A program made the translations under genes and the position numbers. Below the pieces are notes generated by a model that saw only the letters and a list, made by a program, of their open reading frames with translations, was not told where the DNA came from and ran no database searches. From contig JAUMBF010000092.1 of assembly GCA_032115875.1 (NCBI GenBank), positions 6,253 through 70,252 on the forward strand: a stretch of 64,000 nucleotides of DNA, read 5' to 3'. Of the stretch, positions 8,400 to 19,235 are shown piece after piece. Within the stretch, counting starts at the first letter, position 1, and every line of letters starts with the position of its first letter. The DNA is from Rubrivivax sp. Lineage in GTDB: Bacteria > Pseudomonadota > Gammaproteobacteria > Burkholderiales > Burkholderiaceae_C.

Positions 8400-10550
8400 A
8401 TGCCGACCGTCCGCTTGCTGGTCATCCTGGCGCTGCTCGTGCTGCCCCTGGCAGCCCTCCCTGCTCCACGATCCGCTGGTGCGACGATGAACCCCGACGA
8501 CGACCCCTTCCTCTGGCTCGAAGACGTGACCGGCGAGCGCGCGCTGGCCTGGGTTCGCGAGCGCAACGCCCTGACCGAGGCCATGCTCATGGCGCGGCCC
8601 GGATTCGCCGAGCGCGAACGTGCCATCCGCGAGGTGTTGGACTCGCGCGACCACATCCCCACCATCAGCCGCATCGGCGACCGCGTCTACAACCTCTGGC
8701 GTGACGCCGCCAACCCGCGCGGCCTGTGGCGCCGCACAACGCTCGAGGAGTACCGCCAGACACAGCCCGCCTGGGAGACCGTGCTCGACCTCGACGTCCT
8801 TGGCAAGTCCGAGGGCGAGAACTGGGTTTGGGGCGGCGCCACCTGCCACGGGCCGGCTTACCAGCGCTGCCTGTTGCAGCTGTCGCGCGGGGGCGCCGAC
8901 GCGACGGTGATGCGCGAGTTCGACCTGCTCGGCAAACGCTTCGTGCCGCCGGCCGAGGGCGGTTTCAGCCTGCCGGAAGCCAAGAGCCTGTCCGCCTGGG
9001 CCGACGCGGACAGCATCTGGATCGGCACCGACTTCGGACCCGGCTCGCTCACCCAAAGCGGCTACCCGCGCATCGTCAAGCGCTGGCAGCGCGGCACGCC
9101 GCTGGCCGACGCGAAGACGGCCTACGAGGGCCGCGCCGAGGACGTGTTCGCCTCCGTCAGTGTCGATACGACCCCCGGCTTCGAGCGCACCGTCTTCTAC
9201 CGCGCACCCGACTTCTACAGCACCGAGTTGGCGCTGCAAGTGGGCGAGGGCCTCATGCCACTGCCCAAGCCGGCCGACGCCAGCCTGCGATTCTGGCGCC
9301 GCCATGTGCTGATGGAGCTGCGCAGCGACTGGCAGTCCGACGGACAGCGCTTCCCGCGCGGGGCCTTGATCGCCGCCGACGCCGAGGCCTACCTGGCTGG
9401 CAAGGCGCAATGGACGCAGCTGTTCACGCCCAGCGCCACGCGCTCGCTGGCGGACACCGACACGACGCGCAGCCGGCTGATCCTCAACGTGCTCGACAAC
9501 GTCGCCAACCGGCTGGAGGAGTGGACGCCACCCGAGCGGCCCGGCGCCCCCTGGACCCGTCGCGAGGTGCAGGCCCCGCACCCCGGGCGGCTCTCGGTGG
9601 TCCCCCTGCACGATCCGAGGGTGGCCGAAGACCCGCTGGCCGAGCACCTGCTGCTCAGCAGCGCCGACTTCCTCCAGCCCGACGCGCTGTGGCTGCTGCG
9701 CACCGGCGAGGACGCCCGCGAGCAGCTGAAGTCGCGGCCCCGTCTTTACGACGCCGAGGGCATGCGCGTCGAGCAGCGCTTTGCCACCAGCCGCGACGGC
9801 ACGCGGGTGCCCTACTTCGTGATCTGGCCCCGGGGTGCGAAGGCCGACGGCCGCAACCCCACGCTGCTGTATGGCTACGGCGGCTTCGAGGTGCCCATGA
9901 CGCCCTGGTACAGCGGCAGCGTGGGCCGAGCCTGGACGACCCAGGGCGGCGTCTACGTGGTTGCCAACATCCGCGGCGGCGGCGAGTTCGGACCGGCCTG
10001 GCACCAGGCCGCACTGCTGGGCGAGCGGCAGAAGAGCTTCGACGACTTCATCGCCGTGGCCGAGGCGCTGGTGCACGAGGGCATCACCAGCCCGCAGCAT
10101 CTTGGCATCCAGGGCGGCAGCAACGGTGGCCTGCTCGTCGGCGCGGTCATGGTGCAAAGGCCGGAGCTGTTCGGCGCCGTCGTCAGCCAGGTGCCCTTGC
10201 TCGACATGCGCCGCTACCACCGCCTGCTGGCCGGCGCCAGCTGGATGGCCGAGTACGGTGACCCGGACCGGCTCGAGCACTGGGCCTTCCTCTCGCGCTA
10301 CAGCCCGTACCACAATCTGCGGCCCTCGCAGAAGCTGCCGCCGGTGTTGTTCGTCACCAGCACGCGCGACGACCGCGTGCACCCGGGACACGCCCGCAAG
10401 ATGACCGCCCGCATGCTCGAGCAAGGGCATCGCGTCTGGTTGTGGGAGAACATCGAGGGTGGCCATGGCGGCGCGGCCGACAACGCGCAGCGTGCGCGCA
10501 TGCAGGCTCTCGAGTACGCCTTTCTCTGGCAACAGCTTGCGGGCCGCTGA
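8400..10550 (+). CDS. Prolyl oligopeptidase (S9A), likely exported
   Basis: DPFLWLE, LLYGYGGF, ANIRGGGEFG, GGSNGG, DDRVHPGH, GGH triad; N-terminal signal-like segment. Confidence 0.93.
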   Translation: MPTVRLLVILALLVLPLAALPAPRSAGATMNPDDDPFLWLEDVTGERALAWVRERNALTEAMLMARPGFAERERAIREVLDSRDHIPTISRIGDRVYNLWRDAANPRGLWRRTTLEEYRQTQPAWETVLDLDVLGKSEGENWVWGGATCHGPAYQRCLLQLSRGGADATVMREFDLLGKRFVPPAEGGFSLPEAKSLSAWADADSIWIGTDFGPGSLTQSGYPRIVKRWQRGTPLADAKTAYEGRAEDVFASVSVDTTPGFERTVFYRAPDFYSTELALQVGEGLMPLPKPADASLRFWRRHVLMELRSDWQSDGQRFPRGALIAADAEAYLAGKAQWTQLFTPSATRSLADTDTTRSRLILNVLDNVANRLEEWTPPERPGAPWTRREVQAPHPGRLSVVPLHDPRVAEDPLAEHLLLSSADFLQPDALWLLRTGEDAREQLKSRPRLYDAEGMRVEQRFATSRDGTRVPYFVIWPRGAKADGRNPTLLYGYGGFEVPMTPWYSGSVGRAWTTQGGVYVVANIRGGGEFGPAWHQAALLGERQKSFDDFIAVAEALVHEGITSPQHLGIQGGSNGGLLVGAVMVQRPELFGAVVSQVPLLDMRRYHRLLAGASWMAEYGDPDRLEHWAFLSRYSPYHNLRPSQKLPPVLFVTSTRDDRVHPGHARKMTARMLEQGHRVWLWENIEGGHGGAADNAQRARMQALEYAFLWQQLAGR

Positions 10551-10567
10551 CACCGCCGGCATGCCCG

Positions 10568-11302
10568 ATGTCGCTGCTGCACTGGATCGACGACGGACGG
10601 CCGTTGCCGCACGCCTCGGCGGCGCTGGGCCCGGGCACCGAGGCCCCGGGGCTGGTGGCGGCCGGTGGCAGCGTCACCCCCGATAGGCTGCTCGAGGCCT
10701 ACCGCGCGGGCATCTTCCCCTGGTACAGCTCCGGCCAGCCGGTGCTGTGGTGGAGCCCCGATCCGCGCATGGTGCTGCCCGTGGCCGAGTTCCGCCTGGC
10801 GCCCTCGCTGAAGAAGACGATCCGCCGCTTCCTGCGCACACCCGGCTGCGAGCTGCGCGTCGACCACGACCTGACTGCCGTCATCGATGCCTGCGCAGAC
10901 ACGCCGCGCGATGGCCAGGATGGCACCTGGATCGTGCCGGCGATGCGCGACGCCTACGTGGCCTGGGGGGCCATGGGGCAGGTGCACAGCGTCGAGACCT
11001 GGGTTCAGGGCCGGCTGGTCGGCGGGCTGTACTTCGTGCTGCTGGGGCGCATGGCCTACGGCGAGTCGATGTTCTCGCGCGCCACCGACGCGAGCAAGAT
11101 CGCGCTGGCCGCACTGGTGGCCGGCTGCCGGCGCCGCGACATCGCCTGGATCGACTGCCAGCAGAACACACGCCACCTGGCCAGTCTGGGCGCACGTGAG
11201 GTACCGCGCGAGCGCTTCCTGGCCCACGTCCGGCATGCATCGGCACAGCAGGGCCCCGCCGCCTGGACCTATGATCCGGCCGACTGGGCGCTCCTGCTGT
11301 AG
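10568..11302 (+). CDS. aat: Leucyl/phenylalanyl-tRNA-protein transferase
   Basis: [45 protein letters not shown]. Confidence 0.94.
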   Translation: MSLLHWIDDGRPLPHASAALGPGTEAPGLVAAGGSVTPDRLLEAYRAGIFPWYSSGQPVLWWSPDPRMVLPVAEFRLAPSLKKTIRRFLRTPGCELRVDHDLTAVIDACADTPRDGQDGTWIVPAMRDAYVAWGAMGQVHSVETWVQGRLVGGLYFVLLGRMAYGESMFSRATDASKIALAALVAGCRRRDIAWIDCQQNTRHLASLGAREVPRERFLAHVRHASAQQGPAAWTYDPADWALLL

Positions 11303-11331
11303 CCGCCCGCGACGCCTCTGCCCGATCCCGC

Positions 11332-12087
11332 GTGACGCACCCGAAGGAATTGCCGCTGCGGTCGTTGCAGTTCTATGCGACGGCCCCCTACCCTTGCAGC
11401 TACCTGCCCGAGCGCCAGGCGCGCTCGCAGGTGGCCACGCCCAGCCACCTGATCCACGCCGAGACCTACTCGGGCCTGGTGGCCAACGGCTTCCGGCGCA
11501 GTGGCCTGTTCACCTACCGGCCCTGGTGCGACGGCTGCCGTGCCTGCGTGCCGTTGCGCGTGCCGGTGGAGCGCTTCCAGCCGACACGCAGCCACCGGCG
11601 CGCGCAGCGCCAGCATGGCACCCTAATCTCGCGCGTGCTGCGCCTGGGCTTCGTGCCCGAGCACTACCAGCTCTACCTGCGCTACCAGAGCGGCCGCCAT
11701 GCCGGCGGCGGCATGGATCAGGACAGCGTCGACCAGTACACGCAGTTCCTGCTGCAGAGCCGAGTCAACTCGCGCCTGGTGGAGTTCCGCGAGGCCGGCA
11801 GCGACGGCCAGCCCGGGGTGCTGAAGATGGTGAGCATCCTCGACGTGCTGTCCGACGGCATCTCGGCCGTCTACACCTTCTACGAACCCGAGCCGCACAC
11901 CAGCTATGGCACCTACAGCATCCTGTGGCAGATCGAACAGACGCGCGTCCTGAAGCTGCCGCACGTGTACCTGGGCTACTGGATCGCGCGGAGCCCGAAG
12001 ATGGCCTACAAGGCGCAGTTCGTACCCCATCAGGTGCTGGTCGACGGCGCGTGGCGCGACGCGGACGGATCCTCAGCCGACCGCTGA
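11332..12087 (+). CDS. bpt: Arginyl-tRNA-protein transferase family / Bpt aspartate-glutamate leucyltransferase
   Basis: [44 protein letters not shown]; follows aat. Confidence 0.92.
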   Translation: MTHPKELPLRSLQFYATAPYPCSYLPERQARSQVATPSHLIHAETYSGLVANGFRRSGLFTYRPWCDGCRACVPLRVPVERFQPTRSHRRAQRQHGTLISRVLRLGFVPEHYQLYLRYQSGRHAGGGMDQDSVDQYTQFLLQSRVNSRLVEFREAGSDGQPGVLKMVSILDVLSDGISAVYTFYEPEPHTSYGTYSILWQIEQTRVLKLPHVYLGYWIARSPKMAYKAQFVPHQVLVDGAWRDADGSSADR

Positions 12088-13764
12088 CCAGCCCTCGCCG
12101 GCCTGCAAGGCGCGGCCTTCGCCCTGCAGCTTGAGCAGGTGCGCCAGCAGCGAGCGCGCAGCCACGCCATGCAGCGCGACGGGAACGTCGTCGTAGACGC
12201 GCGGCAGCAGCGCCTCCTGCGACTGCGGTGCGGTCGCGAGGGCCTGCAACACCTTGGTCTCGCGGCGCAGGCGGTGGGCCACCAGCGCGTCGATGACTGC
12301 CGGCGGCTGGGCGACCAGGAAGCCATGCCCCGGCGCCAGCCAGTGCAAGGGGCGCGTGCCCTCGTCGTGCGCCCGGCGCAGCGCGCGCAGCGACTGCAGG
12401 TAGGCCGCCATGTCGCCATCGGGCGGGTTGATGACGACGGTGGAGCCCTGCATGAGGTGGTCGCCGGTGAACAGCAGCCGCTCCTGCTCGAGCCACCAGC
12501 ACAGGTGGTTGCTGGCGTGGCCCGGTGTGTGAACCGCGTGAAGGGTGAGACCGTCCCCGAGCTCGACCCGCTCGCCGTCGGCGGGCTCGTGGTCGGGGCG
12601 GAAGCTGTCGTCCTGCCACATCGGGTGGCGGGCGAGTCGACCCCACACCGGCGCACCGGTGGCAGCAGCCAGCGGCGCAGCGCCGGGCGAATGGTCGCGG
12701 TGGGTGTGGGTGGCCAAAATGGCGAGCGGCCGCCCGCCCGCGGCCGCGGGCAGCGCGGCCTGCAGCGCCTGAAGGTGGCCCTCGTGGGCCGGGCCGGGAT
12801 CGATCACCACCCAGCGGCTGCCGCTGCCCACCAGGTAGCTGTTGGTGCCCGGGCCCGTCATTGGGCCCGGGTTGGGTGCGGTGATGCGTGCCACGTTGGG
12901 CGACAGCCACACGGCGCGGCCCGGCCGCAGTTCGGCCAACACATCGGCTCGACCTTCGGGATCGAGACGGCCGATCTCGGCATAGGGCAGCTCGTGCGGC
13001 AGCACGACCACCGGCTTGCCAGCGCGCAGCGCGCGGCGCGGCATCACACAGGGCTGCGGGCTGCGCGTGCGCGCAGCCTCCAGCACCGAGGCCACATCGG
13101 CAAAGGCGGCCAGCTCCTTCAGCGTCACGGCGGTCACTGGCAGCAGCTTCAGGCCCCGTGCGGGCGACAAGGCCTCGGCCGGTGTCAGCCACATCAGCTC
13201 GACGGCCTCGCCGAGGTCGGGTGTGGCCTGCTGGCCGGCCGGCGCCTCGGCGACAAAGAACCGCGTGTCGAAGCGCTTGGGCGTGCCCGGCGGCGTGAGC
13301 CAGTGGCTGTGGTACGCAATACCACTCAGATCCAGCGTCAGCCCGGCGGCGTCGCAGAGCATGCCCATGTGGACATCGTTGCGTTGCAGCCGATCGCGCC
13401 AAGCCGCGAGCGCGTGCACCTGGGCAGGCGTCACGGCATGGCCGTCGGCGTCACGGGCCAGCAGCAGGCCGACCTCCTCAAAGGTCTCGCGCACTGCGGC
13501 GATGGCGTAGTCCAGGGCGCCTGCGGGCAGGCCCAGGCTTGCACTGAGCATGGCGTCGTCGGCGCCGTGCACGCAGCGGTGGGCCTCGTGGTCGCGGGGA
13601 TCGAGCACGCCGCCGGGGAACACGGTCACGCCGCTGCGCAGGTCGCCCTCACGTTCAGCGCGGCGCAACATCAGCACCTCCAGACCCCGCTCGCCGTTGC
13701 GCAGCAGGATCAGCGACGCCGCGCGGCGCGCGTCGGCGGGCGTCTCGTGCACGGCAGTCCTCAC
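12073..13764 (-). CDS. NUDIX-like / metallo-beta-lactamase-fold fusion hydrolase
   Basis: N-terminal VFPGG...[11 protein letters not shown] and RFDTRFF; C-terminal [24 protein letters not shown]. Confidence 0.88.
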   Translation of the reverse strand: MRTAVHETPADARRAASLILLRNGERGLEVLMLRRAEREGDLRSGVTVFPGGVLDPRDHEAHRCVHGADDAMLSASLGLPAGALDYAIAAVRETFEEVGLLLARDADGHAVTPAQVHALAAWRDRLQRNDVHMGMLCDAAGLTLDLSGIAYHSHWLTPPGTPKRFDTRFFVAEAPAGQQATPDLGEAVELMWLTPAEALSPARGLKLLPVTAVTLKELAAFADVASVLEAARTRSPQPCVMPRRALRAGKPVVVLPHELPYAEIGRLDPEGRADVLAELRPGRAVWLSPNVARITAPNPGPMTGPGTNSYLVGSGSRWVVIDPGPAHEGHLQALQAALPAAAGGRPLAILATHTHRDHSPGAAPLAAATGAPVWGRLARHPMWQDDSFRPDHEPADGERVELGDGLTLHAVHTPGHASNHLCWWLEQERLLFTGDHLMQGSTVVINPPDGDMAAYLQSLRALRRAHDEGTRPLHWLAPGHGFLVAQPPAVIDALVAHRLRRETKVLQALATAPQSQEALLPRVYDDVPVALHGVAARSLLAHLLKLQGEGRALQAGEGWSAVG

Positions 13765-14909
13765 AACAACACCCCGGCCGCGCGCAGCGCAGCGGCATCC
13801 AGACCGGCCTCGGCGAGCACAGCGTCAGCGTGCTCGCCGGGGCGGGCGGGGCGGCGCAGCGCGGGCGCCGGGGTGCGCGAGAAGCGCGGCGCCGGTGCCG
13901 GCTGCCACTGGCCCTCGACCTCGACAAAGCTCTCGCGGGCCAGGGCGTGCGGGTGCGCCGGGGCCTGGTCGAAGTCGAGCACCGGTGCGATGCAGCAGTC
14001 GGTGCCGGCGGCGCGGTCGGTCCATTCGGCCTGGCTGTGGCGTCGGAACGCCGCAGCGATCGCCCCGCGCAGGGCCGGCCAGGCGCTGCGGTCGTGCTGC
14101 CGGGGGGGCCAGGCCGCATCCAAGCCCAGCAGCGCGGCCGCCTGGGCGAAGAACTTCGGCTCCAGCGCCGCCAGGCTCATCCAGCGGCCGTCTGCAGTTT
14201 CGTAGCAGGCGTAGAACGGCGCGCCGCCGTCGAGCAGGTTGCTGCCGCGCCCGGGGCGCCACTGGCCGGCGGCATGCAGGCCCCAGAAGATCGAACCCAG
14301 CGCCGCAGCACCATCGATCATGGCCGCGTCGATCACCTGCCCGCGGCCCGAACGCTGCCGCTCCCACAGCGCCGCCATCACGCCGAAAGCGAGAAACATG
14401 GCACCGCCTCCATAGTCGGCCACCAGGTTCAGAGGCGGCAAGGGTGCGCCGCCGGGCTCGCCGATGGCCTGCAGCAGACCGGTGAGCGCGAGATAGTTCA
14501 GGTCGTGGCCGGCCTGCTGCGCCAGCGGTCCGTGCTGGCCGAAGCCCGTCATGCGGCCGTAGACGAGGCGCGGGTTCGCCGCCGCACAGGGCTCGGGGCC
14601 GAGGCCGAGTTTCTCCATCGCGCCGGGGCGGAAGCCCTCGATCAGGACGTCGGCGCCGGCCACCAGGACCAGCGCTGCATCGCGGCCGGCAGGCTGCTTG
14701 AGGTCCAGTGCCACCGAGCGCCGGCCACGCGCGTTGACGTCGTGCTGCGGTGCCAGGGCCAGCCCCAGACCGCTGGGCGCCAGACGGTCGATGCGCACGA
14801 CATCGGCGCCGAGGTCGGCGAAGAGCATGCAGGCCAGCGGCGCGGGGCCGATGCCGGCGAACTCGATGACTCGAAGGCCCTGCAGCGGGCCGTGGGCGGT
14901 GTCGGTCAT
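13761..14909 (-). CDS. CaiB/BaiF CoA-transferase (alpha-methylacyl-CoA racemase-like)
   Basis: [38 protein letters not shown]. Confidence 0.92.
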   Translation of the reverse strand: MTDTAHGPLQGLRVIEFAGIGPAPLACMLFADLGADVVRIDRLAPSGLGLALAPQHDVNARGRRSVALDLKQPAGRDAALVLVAGADVLIEGFRPGAMEKLGLGPEPCAAANPRLVYGRMTGFGQHGPLAQQAGHDLNYLALTGLLQAIGEPGGAPLPPLNLVADYGGGAMFLAFGVMAALWERQRSGRGQVIDAAMIDGAAALGSIFWGLHAAGQWRPGRGSNLLDGGAPFYACYETADGRWMSLAALEPKFFAQAAALLGLDAAWPPRQHDRSAWPALRGAIAAAFRRHSQAEWTDRAAGTDCCIAPVLDFDQAPAHPHALARESFVEVEGQWQPAPAPRFSRTPAPALRRPARPGEHADAVLAEAGLDAAALRAAGVLL

Positions 14910-14963
14910 GGCCGGCAGTGTGCCCGAGCCGGCGGACGGCGCTCGCCAGGCTCAGGGCCAGGA

Positions 14964-15587
14964 TCAAGCCGCTGGCGGCGTCGTCGGCGCGGGCGGCGGC
15001 GCATCGCCTGACTGACGCTCGGCCAGCAGCCAAGCAGCGAATGCGGCGCGCGAGGCCTCGTCCAGCGGCGCCTCGTCCAGCCCCGGCAAGGACCGCACAG
15101 CCGCGCGTTCGGCGGCCAAGGCGGCCACATAGCCGCGCTCGAGCTCCTGCTGCACGCGGACGAAGCGCTGCTGCATGCGCACCAGCGCCCGCAGGTCCTG
15201 GCCGACGGCGAGTGCCGGCCCCTCGGTGCCCAGGCGCAGCGCGGTGTAGGCCACCGGGATCTCCTCATCGCCGTCCGGGCCACCGGGCGGCCGCAGAAGG
15301 TTCACCTCGCGTCGGCGGCCGATGCCGCTGGTGCCGACGTCGGCGAGCAGCTTGTCGACCTTGTGGCGGGTCTGCGGCGTCACGGTGTCGCCGAGCGGCC
15401 GACCCAGCCAGCCCTCGCTGACGGCGGCCAGGCTGCGCGCCTCGTTGTGGGCAATGGCGGTGATGGTGCCATCACGGTCGACGACCATCGCGATGTCGCA
15501 GGCCAGGCTGGCGAACGCCCTGGCCAGCTCAGGCGCGTACTGCGCCAGCAGCGCGAGCTCGGCAAGATCGGGCTGGGGGCGGGGCAT
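14964..15587 (-). CDS. PAS-domain protein equal to PpsR N-terminal domain plus Q-linker, no HTH
   Basis: Aligns by eye with the N-terminal third of the PpsR in this window (DIAMVVDRDG/DIVLVLDRDA; IPVAYTAL/VPVSYTAL; GQDLRA...QQELERGY/GRDLRA...QQAMERDY). Confidence 0.8.
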   Translation of the reverse strand: MPRPQPDLAELALLAQYAPELARAFASLACDIAMVVDRDGTITAIAHNEARSLAAVSEGWLGRPLGDTVTPQTRHKVDKLLADVGTSGIGRRREVNLLRPPGGPDGDEEIPVAYTALRLGTEGPALAVGQDLRALVRMQQRFVRVQQELERGYVAALAAERAAVRSLPGLDEAPLDEASRAAFAAWLLAERQSGDAPPPAPTTPPAA

Positions 15588-15640
15588 GATCGGCGGCGCC
15601 GTCGGGTGGGGGCGCGTCCGCGGGGTGGGATGCGCCAGAG

Positions 15641-16870
15641 TCAGGCCCGCACGAGGCCCAGCAGGTGCGCCACGTCCTTGAAGAAGATCCTCACGTGCGC
15701 CATCGGCTTCTTCCGGGCCAGCTTCTTGTGCATGTAGGACTCGAAGGTGAGCTGCTGCACATCCTTGTCGCGACAGATGCTGACGAAGCGCTCGCGTCGC
15801 TTGTCGCTCACGTACCAGAAGCGCTGCATGATGCCCAGCACCCAGAACACCATGCCGTGCTCGCGCATGAAGCGCTTGCGTGCCAGCTTCAGCGCCTTGG
15901 CCTGCCCCGTGCGCAGGAACTCGGCGGCAGCCTCGGCGGCCAGACGGCCGCCAGTCATGGCGTAGTAGATGCCTTCGCCCGAAGCCGGTGCGACAACGCC
16001 AGCGGCGTCGCCCGCGAGCACCACATCGCGTCCGTTCTCCCAGCGAGGCAGGGGCTTCATCGGGATCGGCGCCCCCTCGCGGCGCAGCGTCGGCGCCGTG
16101 TTCAGACCGCTGGCAGCCCGCAGCTTGGCGGTGGCGTTGCGCAGCGAGAAGCCCTTGTCGGCGCTGCCGGTGCCGATGGACAGCGTGTTGCCGTGCGGGA
16201 ACACCCAGCCGTAGAAGTCGGGCGAGAACTCGCCGCGGTAGACGACGTCGCAGCGGCTCGGGTCGTAGCCTTCAGGCGGCTGCGCCGGGCGCGCCACGAT
16301 CTCGTGATAGGCGAAAACGTAGCTGGTGCGCTCGGCGCCGGGCACGGCCTGCCGCGCGACCTCGCTGCGCGCCCCGTCGGCGCCGATGACGACCCGTGCC
16401 CGCACCTGGGCGCGCGCCGGCGGCTGCGGCCCGCGCTCGCTGCCCGCGCTGGCGTCGGTCTCGAAGTGCACGACGGCGGTTCCGTCGGCCGCACGCCCGA
16501 GCTCCGTAAAGCGGCCCCGGCGACGCACGGCACCGGCCGCAGAGGCCCGCTCGCGCAGCCATTCGTCGAAGACCTCGCGGTCGACCATGCCGACGAAGCC
16601 GCCTTCGATGGGAATGTCGACCCGCTGGTCCGAGGGCGAGACCATGCGTGCGCAGCGGGCCTTGGCCACCAGCAGCGAGTCGGGGATCTCGAAGTCCTTG
16701 ATCAGGCGCGGCGGAATGGCGCCGCCACAGGGCTTGATGCGGCCGGCGCGGTCGAGCAGGAGCACGCTCAGGCCCTGGCGGGCGAGGTCGTGGGCGGCCG
16801 TGGCCCCGGCCGGACCGCCCCCGACGACGACCGCGTCGTAGGTCCGGGGGACGCTGGGCGATTGGTTCAT
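15641..16870 (-). CDS. bchP: Geranylgeranyl reductase
   Basis: VVGGGPAG, IKPCGGAIP, FYGWVFPH, GDAAG...SGEGIYYA. Confidence 0.96.
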   Translation of the reverse strand: MNQSPSVPRTYDAVVVGGGPAGATAAHDLARQGLSVLLLDRAGRIKPCGGAIPPRLIKDFEIPDSLLVAKARCARMVSPSDQRVDIPIEGGFVGMVDREVFDEWLRERASAAGAVRRRGRFTELGRAADGTAVVHFETDASAGSERGPQPPARAQVRARVVIGADGARSEVARQAVPGAERTSYVFAYHEIVARPAQPPEGYDPSRCDVVYRGEFSPDFYGWVFPHGNTLSIGTGSADKGFSLRNATAKLRAASGLNTAPTLRREGAPIPMKPLPRWENGRDVVLAGDAAGVVAPASGEGIYYAMTGGRLAAEAAAEFLRTGQAKALKLARKRFMREHGMVFWVLGIMQRFWYVSDKRRERFVSICRDKDVQQLTFESYMHKKLARKKPMAHVRIFFKDVAHLLGLVRA

Positions 16871-18198
16871 GCGGTTCCTCCTGCCCGCGGTGAGGCGCGG
16901 GATGCGGGTTCAATGCGGGGCGCGGCGGCCGCGGGCGACTGTGGCAAGGCGATGCGCAGCGCCAGCCAGGCGGCGACGATGAAAAGGAGGGCCTCGACCG
17001 CGAACACCAGCCCGTAGGCGGCCACCTGGGAGCCGAGTGCCCAGCGCGCGAGATCGCTCGCCGCGGTGCCGGCGACCCCCCCTACTGCAAAGCCCACGGC
17101 CTGCGCGGCGCCCCACAGGCCCATGCGTGTGCCCTCGCGTGACGCCCGCCCCTGGCCGGCCAGGGCCATCATCGAGCCGATGGCGGCGATCGAGAAGGCT
17201 CCGTTGGCCACGCCAAGGAGGAAGACGTTGGCGCGCAGCGGCCAGGGCGGCCCGAGCGCGGCACCGGCCACCAGGCCCAGCAGCGCCAGTGCCGAAGCCA
17301 GGCAGCCACCAAGGATCCAGTGGCGCAGCGATCCCAGCGATACACCGGCGACGCGGCGCCCGGCCATCGCCGCCAGCACCATGCCGGCCAGCGTGCCGCC
17401 GTGCTGCAGCCCCGACAGCTGGGTGCTCTGGCCGGGCGTGAAGCCGAAGCGGATGCCTGCGTAGGGCTCGAGGATCAGGTCCTGCGCGCTGTAGGCGAGC
17501 ATCGACACCAGCACGAAGATGGTGAAGCGCCGGGCGTCCGCCTCACGCCACACCTCGGCCAGTGCGGCTCGGAACGGCGGGCGGTCGTGGCTGGGTGCGG
17601 TGACCCGCACGGCGCGGCGCTCGACCCCGGCGATGGCCACCAGCGCCAGCACCAAAGCCACCGCCGAGACCACGCCCGACACCTGGACCAGCCGTTGCGG
17701 GCTGAAGGGGTCGAGAAAGCTTCCGGCCAAGCCCGCGCTGGCGGCGAGGCCGACGATCATCATCACCCACACCAGCGTGGCGGCACCCGCGCGCCGCTTG
17801 GGCGGCACCCGGGCGGCCAGCAGCGCCAGCACCGAGGTGCCGGTGGCCGACACACCCAGGCCCACGAACACGAAGCTCGCGGCGGCCAGCGCCAGGCCGG
17901 CTTTCGGCGCGGTGGCCGCCCAGGCCGTGCCCGCGGCGGCACCGAAGCCGCCCAGGGCCAGCACCACCATGCCACCGACGATCCAGGGTGTGCGCAGACC
18001 GCCACGGTCGGAACCGAAACCCATGCGCGGCCTCGTCAGCTGCACGGCATAGTGCAGCGCCACCATCAGTCCCGGCACCAGGGCCGCGAGCTGCAGCTCG
18101 ACCACCATGACGCGGTTGAGCGTGGAGGTGGTGAGCACGACGATGGCTCCAAGCGCCATCTGCACCAGGCCGATGCGGAAGATGGCGAACCAGCTCAC
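16867..18198 (-). CDS. BCD/PucC-family MFS transporter (bch2)
   Basis: LNRVMVVEL, GSDRGG, QDLILEPY, GLWGAAQA; lies between bchG and bchP; GTG start chosen. Confidence 0.88.
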   Translation of the reverse strand: MSWFAIFRIGLVQMALGAIVVLTTSTLNRVMVVELQLAALVPGLMVALHYAVQLTRPRMGFGSDRGGLRTPWIVGGMVVLALGGFGAAAGTAWAATAPKAGLALAAASFVFVGLGVSATGTSVLALLAARVPPKRRAGAATLVWVMMIVGLAASAGLAGSFLDPFSPQRLVQVSGVVSAVALVLALVAIAGVERRAVRVTAPSHDRPPFRAALAEVWREADARRFTIFVLVSMLAYSAQDLILEPYAGIRFGFTPGQSTQLSGLQHGGTLAGMVLAAMAGRRVAGVSLGSLRHWILGGCLASALALLGLVAGAALGPPWPLRANVFLLGVANGAFSIAAIGSMMALAGQGRASREGTRMGLWGAAQAVGFAVGGVAGTAASDLARWALGSQVAAYGLVFAVEALLFIVAAWLALRIALPQSPAAAAPRIEPASRASPRAGGTA

Positions 18199-18256
18199 CG
18201 CACAGCCCCCGATGACGAGCCTTGTGGGCCGGGCACACGGAAGTACAACGATCCGC

Positions 18257-19132
18257 TCATGCCAGGCCCCGAAGGGCAAATGCGCTGACCAGCATGCCGG
18301 CCACGAACAACGTCACGCCCAGGCCGCTGAACCAGATCGCGCGCTCCACCGGCGCGGCGACAAAGCGGCGTGCCATCAGCACTTGTGCCAGCACGAGGCC
18401 GGCGATGGCGGCGGCGTGCACGGGGCGGCCCCAGTCGAGCAGCAACGCGATCACGAGCGCCTGCGCCAACACCATCGTGCCGGCCGCGGCGAAGGCCGCA
18501 CGTCGGGGCCCCAGCTGCACCGGCAGCGACGCAATGCCCATCTTGCGATCACCGGCGATCGACTTGAAGTCGTTGAGCGTCATGATGCCGTGGGCACCGG
18601 CGCTGTACAGCGCCGCCAGGATCAGCGAGCGCAGGTCGGGCATCGCACCACCGGCCATGACGGCGGCGCCGGTGAACCAGGCCAGGCCTTCGTAGCTGAT
18701 GCCGCAGGCCGCATTGCCCCACCAGCCGTTTCGCTTGAGCCGCAACGGCGGCGCGCTGTAGGCCCACGCCAGCAGCAGGCCCACCACCGCGGCGCCAAAG
18801 CCCCAGGGACCGAGCAGCAGCGACAGCAGCAAGGACAACAACGTCCAGAGGATCGCCACATAAAGGCCCCAGCGACCCGGCATGCGACCCGAAGGGATGG
18901 GCCGGTGCGGCTCGTTGATGGCGTCGACGTGGCGGTCGAACCAGTCGTTCACCGCCTGGCTGGTGGCGCACACCGCCGGACCGGCCAGCAGCACGCCCGC
19001 GAAGACAAGGCCGACTCGACCGTCGAGCGACTCGCCGGACGCCACGACGCCGCACCCGAACGCCCACATGGGTGGGAACCAGGTGATCGGCTTCAGCAGT
19101 TCGGCAACCGCCGAGGGCGCAGGCAAGGCCAT
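18257..19132 (-). CDS. bchG: Bacteriochlorophyll synthase
   Basis: LKPITWFPPMWAF, NDWFDRHVDAINEP, AHGIMTLNDFK. Confidence 0.97.
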   Translation of the reverse strand: MALPAPSAVAELLKPITWFPPMWAFGCGVVASGESLDGRVGLVFAGVLLAGPAVCATSQAVNDWFDRHVDAINEPHRPIPSGRMPGRWGLYVAILWTLLSLLLSLLLGPWGFGAAVVGLLLAWAYSAPPLRLKRNGWWGNAACGISYEGLAWFTGAAVMAGGAMPDLRSLILAALYSAGAHGIMTLNDFKSIAGDRKMGIASLPVQLGPRRAAFAAAGTMVLAQALVIALLLDWGRPVHAAAIAGLVLAQVLMARRFVAAPVERAIWFSGLGVTLFVAGMLVSAFALRGLA

Positions 19133-19161
19133 ACCGGCATGGTGCCCCCTGGCCCGAAAAA

Positions 19162-19204
19162 CGTCAATCCGAATTTACACGTGCCGCGTCACGCCAAATT
19201 GACG
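19162..19204. promoter_or_regulatory. Tandem PpsR-type boxes upstream of bchG
   Basis: CGT-N12-ACA (19162-19179) and CGT-N12-ACG (19187-19204), 7 bp apart. Confidence 0.7.
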
Positions 19205-19235
19205 TCCGGGCTCGATGCCGCATGGGCACAGACCT

